A DNA stretch of 64,000 bases from contig CAVRJO010000002.1 in NCBI GenBank assembly GCA_963722255.1, positions 288,001 through 352,000 of the forward strand, in the 5' to 3' direction. The number at the start of each line of letters is the position of its first letter. Position 1 is the stretch's first letter. The notes beneath the pieces were generated by a model that made no database searches, was not told the DNA's origin, and saw nothing but the letters and a program-made list of their open reading frames with translations. Source of the DNA: Candidatus Babeliales bacterium (GTDB lineage: Bacteria; Babelota; Babeliae; Babelales; JANWKD01). A program made the position numbers and the translations under genes. Positions 53,691 to 63,186 of the stretch are shown here, in pieces.

Positions 53691-54397
53691 ATTTTTTTTT
53701 AATTTCGTGTCTTGACAAAGGGGTTCACTATACGGTTCATAAAATTTAAAGCTTGATTTATCAAACTTGAATATTCATTATAAGCCTGTTTATTCAGAAA
53801 ACGGTCTTTGTTACCACATGACTCAATTTCAATTACTCTCATTGGATCTTCTTTAATTTTCTTGGCTTGACTGGCAAGATACCAATAATGAACATGTTGA
53901 ATTTTTTTTGCAATTGAGCCAGGCCAAACAAAATAAGGAGCCAATGCATATAAGGTTCCAAGATTAACATTATCACAAATTTGTTCTTTAACTTCTTCAG
54001 GTAGTTGATTAAAAAAATCTAGAAAGTATGGCTTCAAACTATTATTATTTTGCATCGGAAAATCATTATAGTCCTGATTTGGTTCATCAGTAAGTAACTT
54101 CGTACTTTCTGGAGCATCTAATTCATGTTGTACGTTTCCTTGTTGATCGATATATTCAAAGACTTGGTCTTCCATTGCGTAACTAAGATAAACTATATGG
54201 ATCATTAATAAAGGCACAAAAATTAAATGCATATTTTTCCTTTTATCATAAAGATTTTTTGTTAACTCTATCTGATTCATCGCAATTTTCTATACCTTGT
54301 ATTTATTTTTATAAATTTATTTCAAATATTAAAATTATTGATTTTTGATTGCTTTATTTTATAAACTTTGAATAAGATAATCGGAAAGGAAACTCAT

Positions 54398-54640
54398 ATG
54401 TACAAGAAAATAGTATTCGCTCTTATTTGTTACCCTCTTTTAACACACGCACAATTTGATATGACCATGGATCGGGTTTCAACAACAGATATTCCTACTG
54501 AATTTACACAAATTTATTATAAACCACGAAATCCAACACGAGCTACTGAAAATGTCCCTGCTCGAAGAAATCGATGGGCTCGATGTAATAAAAAAAATCT
54601 GGATATTAAAGAATACTGCCAAGACGAAGATATCGTTTAG
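54398..54640 (+). CDS. Small hypothetical exported protein
   Basis: AAGGA RBS; MYKKIVFALICYPLLTHA signal. Confidence 0.55.
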   Translation: MYKKIVFALICYPLLTHAQFDMTMDRVSTTDIPTEFTQIYYKPRNPTRATENVPARRNRWARCNKKNLDIKEYCQDEDIV

Positions 54641-54727
54641 CCCAATGATTACATGTCGACTCGCAATTGCCTCTGTGCTATACTTTTTTTACTAGGATAA
54701 CTATTCAAACATAAATTATGCGAGATC

Positions 54728-55654
54728 ATGGGAAAAATTTTATTATTTTATAAATATGTCGACATCGTATATCCCGAACAGATAAGAAAATGGCAAGAAC
54801 GCCTTTGTAAGGAATTATCCCTAACAGGTAGAATTATCATCGCTCATGAAGGCATTAATGCCACCTTAGGTGGATCCACAGAGTCTATAGAAAAGTATAA
54901 ACAAGCTGTTTCTGAGCATATTTTATTTGATAAAATCGATTTCAAGGAGAGTGTAGGAGACAGCGACTATTTTCCTCGACTTCGCGTTGTTGTAAAAGAA
55001 GAAATTACCCGATTAGGACTTGATCCCAAAACTATTACTGCGCATGATGGCGGCTTACATCTTGCTCCTGAAAAAGTAGATGAACTTCTTAAAAATGCAC
55101 CTGAAAATTTTGTAATTTTTGATGCACGTAATAACTACGAATCGCGCATCGGCGCATTCCACAATGCCATTACTCCGGATATAAAAAATTTCAGAGATTT
55201 ACCACACTATATCGATGAACATCCTGAACTTTTCAAAGATAAAGAAGTTCTTATGTATTGCACAGGGGGAATTCGTTGCGAACGCGCTTCAACCTATTTA
55301 AAATCAAAAAAGTTGGCTAAAACCGTTTACCAATTAGAAGGCGGCATCCACCGTTATGCTGAAAAATTTCCTGATGGTTTTTTTAGAGGCAAAAATTATG
55401 TTTTTGATGGGAGAATAGCTGCAAAAGTTACTGATGATATTTTAACAACCTGTGATCTATGCCCTACCCATTTTGATGATTACACAAATTGCCTCAATGC
55501 TGAATGTAACAAACAGTTTATTGCCTGTGATCAATGTATTAAAAATTTTGGCAATACCTGCGGATCAGTATGTTTAGAACTTGTTCAAAATAATAAGGTT
55601 GTAATTCGAAAAATTCCAAAAAAAGTTGTTATGAATACAGTTCATTCCAAATAA
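54728..55654 (+). CDS. trhO: Rhodanese-related tRNA hydroxylase (UPF0176)
   Basis: LFYKY, EGINAT, DARNNYE, YCTGGIRCE, LEGGI, YVFDGR. Confidence 0.92.
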   Translation: MGKILLFYKYVDIVYPEQIRKWQERLCKELSLTGRIIIAHEGINATLGGSTESIEKYKQAVSEHILFDKIDFKESVGDSDYFPRLRVVVKEEITRLGLDPKTITAHDGGLHLAPEKVDELLKNAPENFVIFDARNNYESRIGAFHNAITPDIKNFRDLPHYIDEHPELFKDKEVLMYCTGGIRCERASTYLKSKKLAKTVYQLEGGIHRYAEKFPDGFFRGKNYVFDGRIAAKVTDDILTTCDLCPTHFDDYTNCLNAECNKQFIACDQCIKNFGNTCGSVCLELVQNNKVVIRKIPKKVVMNTVHSK

Positions 55655-55686
55655 TATAATTACCTAAAAATAAAGAGTTTATAACT

Positions 55687-56631
55687 ATGTACAAACAATT
55701 TCTCTTAATAACGAGTATGTTCGCCTTCTTCTCCACTACATCATTTGGTATGGAAAATGACAAATCATCCATTATCTTATTCTGTACCCCATTAATTACT
55801 CCATTGGTCATGGAAAATCCTGACCCAAACAAAAAAATTGTCAAAGCAATCGACGAAAAAGATAATAAATCATTACGAAAAGAACTTTCCAATAACACAA
55901 ATCCTAATGTTCAATTAAATAAAGAATCATTGCTTACTAGAGCAATTCAAGAAAGAAATCCTAAAGCTATAAAATTGTTGCTCAATGCCGGCGCCAATTG
56001 CACAGCATGCGATGACAATAAAAATGGTCTTTTTTGTTTTTTCATGAAATCTTTTGGAGTACATCTAAACAATAAAAAAGAAATCGCAATCCTCAAAGCA
56101 ATTGTCGATGCTGGATGTAATGTTAATACACCTCTAATAAGTAGAGTAAATGTAATGCCTTTACATAAAGCTTCCATTGACCATAAAACTCATATTATGC
56201 AACAACTTATTGAACTCAGAGCACAAGTAAATGCGCAGACTCAAAACTTATGTACACCTCTCCATCTTTGTATATCTCATGCACCATATAATGATATAGA
56301 TGGAGTACAACTTCTTATTAAAGCAGGAGCTGAAGTTAATATTCAAGATTCTAAGGGGAAAACTCCCTTACGTTATGCAGTAAACTTAAATGCACCTTAC
56401 ATCGTGAAAACACTTCTTTCTGTTCCGGGCATTAAGACATCAATTCTGAGCAAAGATGGTAAATCAGATTTAGCCATTGCTAAAAAAAAAGGACATAAAA
56501 CAATTGGCCGTTTGCTCATTCAACATTTGGGAGTCTATTCTGCTCAGGGACGCATTTCACGCCAAGGATTTGCGCAAATCTTGCCTCAAGAAATCGCAGA
56601 GCATATTGCAGCATTTTTATTTAGAGAATAA
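55687..56631 (+). CDS. Exported ankyrin repeat protein with C-terminal F-box-like motif (array copy 1)
   Basis: MPLHKA, TPLHL, GKTPLRYA; tail ILPQEIAEHIAAFL. Confidence 0.9.
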   Translation: MYKQFLLITSMFAFFSTTSFGMENDKSSIILFCTPLITPLVMENPDPNKKIVKAIDEKDNKSLRKELSNNTNPNVQLNKESLLTRAIQERNPKAIKLLLNAGANCTACDDNKNGLFCFFMKSFGVHLNNKKEIAILKAIVDAGCNVNTPLISRVNVMPLHKASIDHKTHIMQQLIELRAQVNAQTQNLCTPLHLCISHAPYNDIDGVQLLIKAGAEVNIQDSKGKTPLRYAVNLNAPYIVKTLLSVPGIKTSILSKDGKSDLAIAKKKGHKTIGRLLIQHLGVYSAQGRISRQGFAQILPQEIAEHIAAFLFRE

Positions 56632-56665
56632 ATAATCTATGGATATACCGAAAAAATTGTTAACT

Positions 56666-57553
56666 ATGCAAAAACGATTACTCTCAACAAATAGCATATT
56701 CGTCCTCTTTTTCACAGCTGCATCATTTGGTATGGAAAATAAACAAGCCATTAATAATCTTTTCTCAGCAATCGTAACTTATAATCACAAATTATTAAGA
56801 GAAGAACTTTCAAATAGTACCAACCAAAATTCTCAGCTAGATCGAGATCTTCCTTTGGACCTAGCAATTTGCTATAGAAATTATAAAGCAGTAAAATTAT
56901 TACTTAAAGCTGGTGCCAATTGCACAGCATGCTATAACAATAAAAATGGTCTCTTTTATTTTTTCATGGACTCTTTTGTCATAGATATAAGCAATAAAAA
57001 GGAAATCGCAATCCTTAAAGCCATTGTCGATGCTGGATGTAATGTTAATACACCTCTAATAAGTAGAATAAAGGTAATGCCTTTACATAAAGCTTCCATT
57101 GACAATAAGACTCATATTATGCAACAACTTATTGAACAGGGGGCTCAAATAAATGCAAAAACTTTATACAAAGCTACACCTCTCCATCTTTGTATACTTC
57201 ATGCACCAGATAATGATATCGATGGAGTACAACTTCTTATTAAAGCGGGAGCTGAAGTTAATATTAAAGCTTCTAAGGGAGAAACTCCCTTACGTTATGC
57301 AGTAAATTTAAATACACCTTACATCGTGAAAACACTTCTTTCTGTTCCGGGCATTAATACATTAATTCTGAGCAAAGATGGCAAATCAGATCTAGCGGTC
57401 GCCAAAGAAAAAGGTCACCAAGAAATTGGCCGTTTGCTTATTCAACATTTGGGAGTCTATTCTGCTCAGGGACGCATTTCACGCCAAGGATTTGCGCAAA
57501 TCTTGCCACAAGAAATTGCAGAGCATATTGCAACATTTTTATTTAGAGAATAA
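56666..57553 (+). CDS. Exported ankyrin repeat protein (array copy 2)
   Basis: Near-identical to copy 3; alternative start at 56639. Confidence 0.9.
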   Translation: MQKRLLSTNSIFVLFFTAASFGMENKQAINNLFSAIVTYNHKLLREELSNSTNQNSQLDRDLPLDLAICYRNYKAVKLLLKAGANCTACYNNKNGLFYFFMDSFVIDISNKKEIAILKAIVDAGCNVNTPLISRIKVMPLHKASIDNKTHIMQQLIEQGAQINAKTLYKATPLHLCILHAPDNDIDGVQLLIKAGAEVNIKASKGETPLRYAVNLNTPYIVKTLLSVPGINTLILSKDGKSDLAVAKEKGHQEIGRLLIQHLGVYSAQGRISRQGFAQILPQEIAEHIATFLFRE

Positions 57554-57587
57554 ATTATCTATGGATATACCGAAAAAATTGTTAACT

Positions 57588-58475
57588 ATGCAAAAACGAT
57601 TACTCTCAACAAATAGCATATTCGTCCTCTTTTTCACTGCTGCATCCTTTGGAATGGAAAATGGTCAATCAGTTGAAGATCTTTTCAGGGCAATAAACAA
57701 CTGTAATCATAAATTATTACGAGAAGAACTTTCAAATAGTACCAACCAAAATTCTCAGCTAGATCGAGATCTTCCTTTGGACCTAGCAATTTGCTATAGA
57801 AATTATAAAGCAGTAAAATTATTACTTAAAGCTGGTGCCAATTGCACAGCATGCTATAACAATAAAAATGGTCTCTTTTATTTTTTCATGGACTCTTTTG
57901 TCATAGATATAAGCAATAAAAAGGAAATCGCAATCCTTAAAGCCATTGTCGATGCTGGATGTAATGTTAATACACCTCTAATAAGTAGAATAAAGGTAAT
58001 GCCTTTACATAAAGCTTCCATTGACAATAAGACTCATATTATGCAACAACTTATTGAACAGGGGGCTCAAATAAATGCAAAAACTTTATACAAAGCTACA
58101 CCTCTCCATCTTTGTATACTTCATGCACCAGATAATGATATCGATGGAGTACAACTTCTTATTAAAGCGGGAGCTGAAGTTAATATTAAAGCTTCTAAGG
58201 GAGAAACTCCCTTACGTTATGCGGTAAACTTAAATGCGCCTTACATCGTGAAAACACTTCTTTCTGTTCCGGGCATTAAGACATCAATTCTGAGCAAAGA
58301 TGGCAAATCAGATCTAGCGGTCGCCAAAGAAAAAGGTCACCAAGAAATTGGCCGTTTGCTTATTCAACATTTGGGCGTCTATTCTGCTCAAGGACGTATC
58401 TCACGGCGAGGTTTCGCCCAAATCTTGCCACAAGAGATTGCTCAACACATCGCAACATTTTTATTTAGAAAATAA
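57588..58475 (+). CDS. Exported ankyrin repeat protein (array copy 3)
   Basis: 922-bp period with copy 2; alternative start at 57561. Confidence 0.9.
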   Translation: MQKRLLSTNSIFVLFFTAASFGMENGQSVEDLFRAINNCNHKLLREELSNSTNQNSQLDRDLPLDLAICYRNYKAVKLLLKAGANCTACYNNKNGLFYFFMDSFVIDISNKKEIAILKAIVDAGCNVNTPLISRIKVMPLHKASIDNKTHIMQQLIEQGAQINAKTLYKATPLHLCILHAPDNDIDGVQLLIKAGAEVNIKASKGETPLRYAVNLNAPYIVKTLLSVPGIKTSILSKDGKSDLAVAKEKGHQEIGRLLIQHLGVYSAQGRISRRGFAQILPQEIAQHIATFLFRK

Positions 58476-58482
58476 AAAAATT

Positions 58483-59466
58483 ATGCATATAACTAATTCA
58501 AAGCTTATTCAAGAACATATCCCTCTAGCTGATAAAAACTGGTTTAGAACTGGCGGCCCTGCTCGGTTTTTTGTACAACCAAACTCGGCGCAAGAATTCC
58601 AAGAAGCTTTGATCTATGCACAGCATAATAAGTTGCCAATCTTTCTTTTAGGCGAAGGCGCAAATATTTTAATTAGTGATGAAGGATTTGACGGACTTGT
58701 TATTCATCCAAAACTCAACAATCTTGAAATAAGCGATCTTGATGATGACAATGCGCTCGTTACGGCTGGCGCAGGCATTACCATGCCGGATTTAATTCAA
58801 TTTTGTCTTGAAAATAACATGAGCGGCCTTGAAGAATTTAGCGGCATTCCGGGAACCGTGGGCGGATCTGTGTATATTAATTTACATTATTTTCAGTTTC
58901 TTCTTTCACAGTTTCTTTACGAAGCTGTAGTTATTGAAAAAGCAACAGGAATGATGCATAAAGTCAATAACTCTTGGTTTAATTTTGGTTACAATAGTTC
59001 AAAATTGCAAGAAAATAATCACTATTTAGTTTCAGCTACATTTAAATTAAAAAAAATAAATGATTTAGAAACTGCCTATGCCAAAGGTAGGTCTATTGAA
59101 ATCATTCGTCATCGCGCAAGTCGATACCCCGCAAAAAATACGTGTGGAAGCTTTTTTAGAAATTTTCATGACAATGAGATAACACTTATTAGCAATGGCA
59201 AAAAACTAATTTTTGTTGCTTACTATTTAGATAAGATTGGCGTCAAAGGAGTTTTACAACATGGTGATGCGATTGTTTCATATCAACATGCAAATATGAT
59301 TGTTAACCAAGGAAAAGCAACCACTCAAGATATTATTAACGTAGCTCGTATCATGCAACAAAAAGTTTATGATAACTTTGGTATTATTCCGCAACCTGAA
59401 TGTAGATTGATTGGCTTTAAAGAATATCCATTGTTTGACTATAATTTTTATACGCCTCTATTGTAA
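58483..59466 (+). CDS. murB: UDP-N-acetylmuramate dehydrogenase
   Basis: FRTGGPA, LGEGANIL, GIPGTVGG, CGSFFRN, HANMIVN. Confidence 0.95.
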   Translation: MHITNSKLIQEHIPLADKNWFRTGGPARFFVQPNSAQEFQEALIYAQHNKLPIFLLGEGANILISDEGFDGLVIHPKLNNLEISDLDDDNALVTAGAGITMPDLIQFCLENNMSGLEEFSGIPGTVGGSVYINLHYFQFLLSQFLYEAVVIEKATGMMHKVNNSWFNFGYNSSKLQENNHYLVSATFKLKKINDLETAYAKGRSIEIIRHRASRYPAKNTCGSFFRNFHDNEITLISNGKKLIFVAYYLDKIGVKGVLQHGDAIVSYQHANMIVNQGKATTQDIINVARIMQQKVYDNFGIIPQPECRLIGFKEYPLFDYNFYTPLL

Positions 59467-60418
59467 TAATATTCACTTCGATACTCAGCCTCTAAATCAA
59501 TGCTGCTCTTGTGATACATGGAACACATCACATGGCCATTATATCCAAAACAGCAAGGTGAAATATCATCTGATCTATAACAATCACTATATTCGTTAAT
59601 AACATACACTGGATGAATGAGCGCTCCCGCCAAAGCACCGATTGCAAGCCCTATTCTACCAAAGGGATACTGTTCATTCAAGGCCTTTGACTCCAAAAAT
59701 GACTTTACAACATCAACTCCAACCCCTGCCAATCCACCTGTGACGCTACCAATTCCCGCCGTAAACGGACCGACAATTCCTAGATACCATAACAACACTG
59801 GAGAAGTATAATAGCGATATAAAACTATAGCGTGTTTCCAAGCTGAACATTTTTTTTCATACAGCCTTAATCTCTTTTTTGTTTCTTTTGAAAAATTGTT
59901 ATCGCAAAGATCCAACCTACACAGCTCTCCAAGCAAAAAAGGTTCTAGATCTTTAAGGTTATTGTTAGATGCTCTTAAAATGAATCTATCACGCAAGTTA
60001 CCAATTTTTAACCGTTCTAATTTATTATAAGAAATATCGAGCTTTCTCAAATTAGGAAACAGTCTAAACAAAAATGGCACATCAAAACTTTTTAATTTGT
60101 TATTTCTAAGATCAATTTCTGTAATTAATTCACTCGAAAAAGATTCAATACCCTGCAGATTATAAAGCTGTTGACCAGATAAATTGAGTTTTGTTTCTTC
60201 TACAATCACCCTTTCTTTATCAAGATCAGCAATAGTCATAATACCAATCTCTTTATCTATTTCGATTGGAACATTAAACCTTAAGGCCCGTAACGTTAGT
60301 TTCTTACGAAACTCTTTTGGCGCCCCTATAATGAACCCCAGAAACTTGACACGATAAAATTAAAAATGTGTTAGTTTTTAATGAACATGAAAGTGAACAT
60401 TATTATCGGGGAATTTTT

Positions 60419-60694
60419 ATGGCAAGAAGATATAAAAAACATAGTAGTTCATTCAAAGCAAAAGTAGCTATAGATGCTATTAGAGAACAAAAAACTTTAA
60501 ACGAACTAAGTCAGGAACATAGCATTGCTCCTGCACAAATCTCTATCTGGAAAAGACATGCTGAAGAAAATATGAGCAACCTTTTTGAGGGGAAACAAGA
60601 AAAGGACCAACAAGAGGAAATTGATAGGCTTTATCGAGTAATTGGTCAAATAACGGCAGAGCGTGATTTTTTAGAACGCTCGCTCAATCGATAG
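60419..60694 (+). CDS. IS3 transposase OrfA
   Basis: Identical protein to copy 1. Confidence 0.9.
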   Translation: MARRYKKHSSSFKAKVAIDAIREQKTLNELSQEHSIAPAQISIWKRHAEENMSNLFEGKQEKDQQEEIDRLYRVIGQITAERDFLERSLNR

Positions 60695-60714
60695 ATTTAA
60701 AGCAGCGTAAGGAA

Positions 60715-61596
60715 ATGGTTGAGTGTGTAAATGAAGCAATAGACTTTAAAAGAAAATGTGAACTTTTAGATGTATCGAGAGGATCGATGTATTACAAGCC
60801 TAAACCTCAAAAAAATAATGATGCAATTATTATGAATGAGCTACGTGAAATTTATCAAGAAACGCCTTCCTATGGCTATCGGCGCATGACAGTAGCTTTA
60901 AGAGAAAATGGTTTTTTGGTTAATCATAAAAAAGTTTTTATGTTGCTTAAGATAGCGGGCATCCAGGCCATTTACCCTCGCAAAAAAACAACCATACGAA
61001 ATCAGGGGCACAAAGTATTTCCTTATTTATTGCGTGGGTTGCTTATTAATCGACCAAATCAGGTTTGGCAAGTAGATATAACCTATATAAAAATACGGGG
61101 TGGTTTTGTATATTTGGTTTGCTTAATTGATGTTTTTAGTCGAAAAATCATGGGATGGAAATTGTCAATTTCTCTTGATACAGCGTTATGCATAGAGGCG
61201 TTCAATAGTGCTTTGCAACATGGTATTCCAGAAATTGTTAATAGCGACCAAGGATGTCAATTTACCAGTGCTCTGTGGGTTGAATTAGTGCAACAATATG
61301 GAATTCAAATAAGTATGGATGGTAAAGGAAGATGGGCAGATAATGTTTATATTGAGAGGCTTTGGCGTACGATAAAATATGAGATGATACATTTGCATAG
61401 CTTTGATACAGTTCAACAGGTAAGAGATGCGCTTGCAAGTTACATTGTTTTTTATAATACACGACGTTATCATTCAAAGCTTAATTATCACGCACCAGAC
61501 GCTATTTTCGCAAAAAAAATTATTCCATCTAAAAAAGAATTATTCGAAAGTTTTATAGCTTCACAAATTTATAAACTTGGAGCCGCTATGATTTAA
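60715..61596 (+). CDS. IS3 transposase OrfB
   Basis: Identical protein to copy 1. Confidence 0.93.
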   Translation: MVECVNEAIDFKRKCELLDVSRGSMYYKPKPQKNNDAIIMNELREIYQETPSYGYRRMTVALRENGFLVNHKKVFMLLKIAGIQAIYPRKKTTIRNQGHKVFPYLLRGLLINRPNQVWQVDITYIKIRGGFVYLVCLIDVFSRKIMGWKLSISLDTALCIEAFNSALQHGIPEIVNSDQGCQFTSALWVELVQQYGIQISMDGKGRWADNVYIERLWRTIKYEMIHLHSFDTVQQVRDALASYIVFYNTRRYHSKLNYHAPDAIFAKKIIPSKKELFESFIASQIYKLGAAMI

Positions 61597-62143
61597 ATTT
61601 TTTTTTAATTTCGTGTCTTGACAAAGGGGTTCACTATACCCCCAAATTTCCTGCCAAATCAATAATATATTTAATCCGCTGATCGCACAATTTATTTATA
61701 TTCATATTATTTCTGACACACTCAAATAATTTAGTAAAATTTTCTATCGTATAATAACTATCCGTTTTTAATTCTATAACTTCACCAGCAACATTCATTT
61801 GATCTTGTATTACTTGGAATTTCTCAAGAAGCTTTCCTGAAACCACTAGACGTCCGTCACAAAGTTCGATCATTTCAAATTTTGGCCTATTTTGAACATT
61901 CTGCTTTTCCATACACAATGCATTAGAGAAAAAAAATAGTATGCACAATGCAACAACCATTATTCACCTTACTAAAATAATTTTTAAAAAAAAAACTAAT
62001 ATTTACCGTAAATTATAAAGATAATTTATAATATTGAAATAATTTAAAGATTTGCACTAAAAATTAAAACCATTGAATTTTAAACAAATAGTATGCATCA
62101 TGGAATAGTTCCCTAGTGACCCTAGACTTTGAAATTGAAAAAC

Positions 62144-63085
62144 ATGAACTTAATAAATATCTTTATATCATTCATTTTTTTAGTACATTCATCATCATTT
62201 ACAATGCAAAAAATATTTGGCCAGAAAAAGAAACAAGCGCAACAAACGAAAACTATTGGCACAAAGAAATACCTAAATGAACAACTATTTAAAAGCGTTC
62301 AATCAAGACAACGTGTGACATTAAAAAATGCTTTAAAATCTGGCGCAGATCCTAATTGTTATGATTCCAATAAACAAACACCATTAGTGCATGCTGTAAA
62401 AAAAATTGATTTTAAGTCGATAAAACTTCTACTGGATGCAGGAGCTCTTGCTACGATGGATTTACCGAGAAATATATCACTTGCACACATTCTGACCAAA
62501 GGTGAAATCAATGAAAAATCACTCAAAATATTAAAACTGCTTATTATAAATAAAGCACCTTTAAGCATACAAGCCGATACGGGCTATACGCCATTGCATT
62601 ATGCAGTTACCAATGATTTATCCACGTTTGAAAACAAACTAGCTTGCATCAATCTATTATTAGACCACAACGTCTCATGCAATGAACCTACTAATACAAA
62701 TTTGACACCCCTTCACCTTTCAATTTCGATTGCTCACAATCAAAAACTGGCTCACTACTTTGTAAACTTGAAAAATATTAAAATCAATGCAAAATCTGAT
62801 GAACGACAAACACCATTAACCTATGCTATACAATATGATCTGATTTCGATCATAATCTCATTACTAACTCAACCAAAAATAAAAACAAAAATAATTGATA
62901 GATACAACAAATCTGCATTAGAGCATGCAAAACAAAATGGCAAGAAAAAAATAGGCAGATTATTGCTTGCTCATTTAGGATTTTATTCCTATCAAGGTCT
63001 GATCGCGCAGAAAGGATTAGTTCAAATTTTTCCTAAACCAGTTGCAAGAACTATAGCAGCTGAATATATAAAAAATTGCTTTTAA
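62144..63085 (+). CDS. Exported ankyrin repeat protein, distant paralogue of the 55.7-58.5 kb array
   Basis: QTPLVHA, GYTPLHYA, LTPLHL; tail IGRLLLAHLGFYSYQGLIAQKGLVQIFPKPVARTIA matches the array tail. Confidence 0.9.
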   Translation: MNLINIFISFIFLVHSSSFTMQKIFGQKKKQAQQTKTIGTKKYLNEQLFKSVQSRQRVTLKNALKSGADPNCYDSNKQTPLVHAVKKIDFKSIKLLLDAGALATMDLPRNISLAHILTKGEINEKSLKILKLLIINKAPLSIQADTGYTPLHYAVTNDLSTFENKLACINLLLDHNVSCNEPTNTNLTPLHLSISIAHNQKLAHYFVNLKNIKINAKSDERQTPLTYAIQYDLISIIISLLTQPKIKTKIIDRYNKSALEHAKQNGKKKIGRLLLAHLGFYSYQGLIAQKGLVQIFPKPVARTIAAEYIKNCF

Positions 63086-63186
63086 AGAATCAAATGCTAA
63101 TCGCCTACGATGCTTCTTCACGCACAGAAAAAATTACCCACAACTCTCCTTTTTAAAGAGCAATGTATTATCACAAGCAATAATTC

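Larger units (their letters stand above)
52421..53732 (+). mobile_element. IS3 family element, copy 1 (1312 bp)
   Basis: IR TATA(A/G)TGAACCCC...GACACGA; orfA/orfB; apparently identical to 60327..61638; no clean target duplication. Confidence 0.93.
52096..54232 (-). pseudogene. Paralogue of 50972..52075 split by IS3, with internal deletion
   Basis: N-part FNQLPEEVKEQICDNVNLGTLYALAPYFVWPGS; C-part TAVCCIGAPLKY...MVELV; about 85 codons of the paralogue are missing. Confidence 0.82.
55680..58475 (+). repeat. Tandem triplication of an ankyrin gene
   Basis: Long identical stretches between 56639..57553 and 57561..58475; copy 1 more diverged in its 5' third. Confidence 0.9.
60327..61638 (+). mobile_element. 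IS3 family element, copy 2 (1312 bp)
   Basis: Same IRs and ORFs as copy 1; CCCC target duplication at 60323-60326 and 61639-61642. Confidence 0.93.
59448..61960 (-). pseudogene. Exported Skp1/BTB-like + leucine-rich repeat + TM protein split by IS3
   Basis: Removing the IS and one CCCC restores ...DLAGNLGAPKEFRKKLTLRALRFNVPIEIDKEIGIMTIAD...; LRR motifs IDLRNNKL, LDISYNKL, LDLCDNNF. Confidence 0.8.

Noticed and set aside
55687..58475. Diversity-generating retroelement template/variable repeats
   Set aside because: No reverse transcriptase in the window, differences are not adenine-specific, and the repeats are whole genes
57426..58482. Extended N-termini of ORFs 57426..58475 and 58348..59466 (MAVCLFNIW...)
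   Set aside because: Alternate-frame read of the upstream ankyrin tail; real starts are near 57588 and 58483
52421..61638. Composite transposon formed by the two direct IS3 copies around trhO, ankyrins and murB
   Set aside because: Copy 2 has its own CCCC target duplication and each copy splits a different gene, so they are independent insertions
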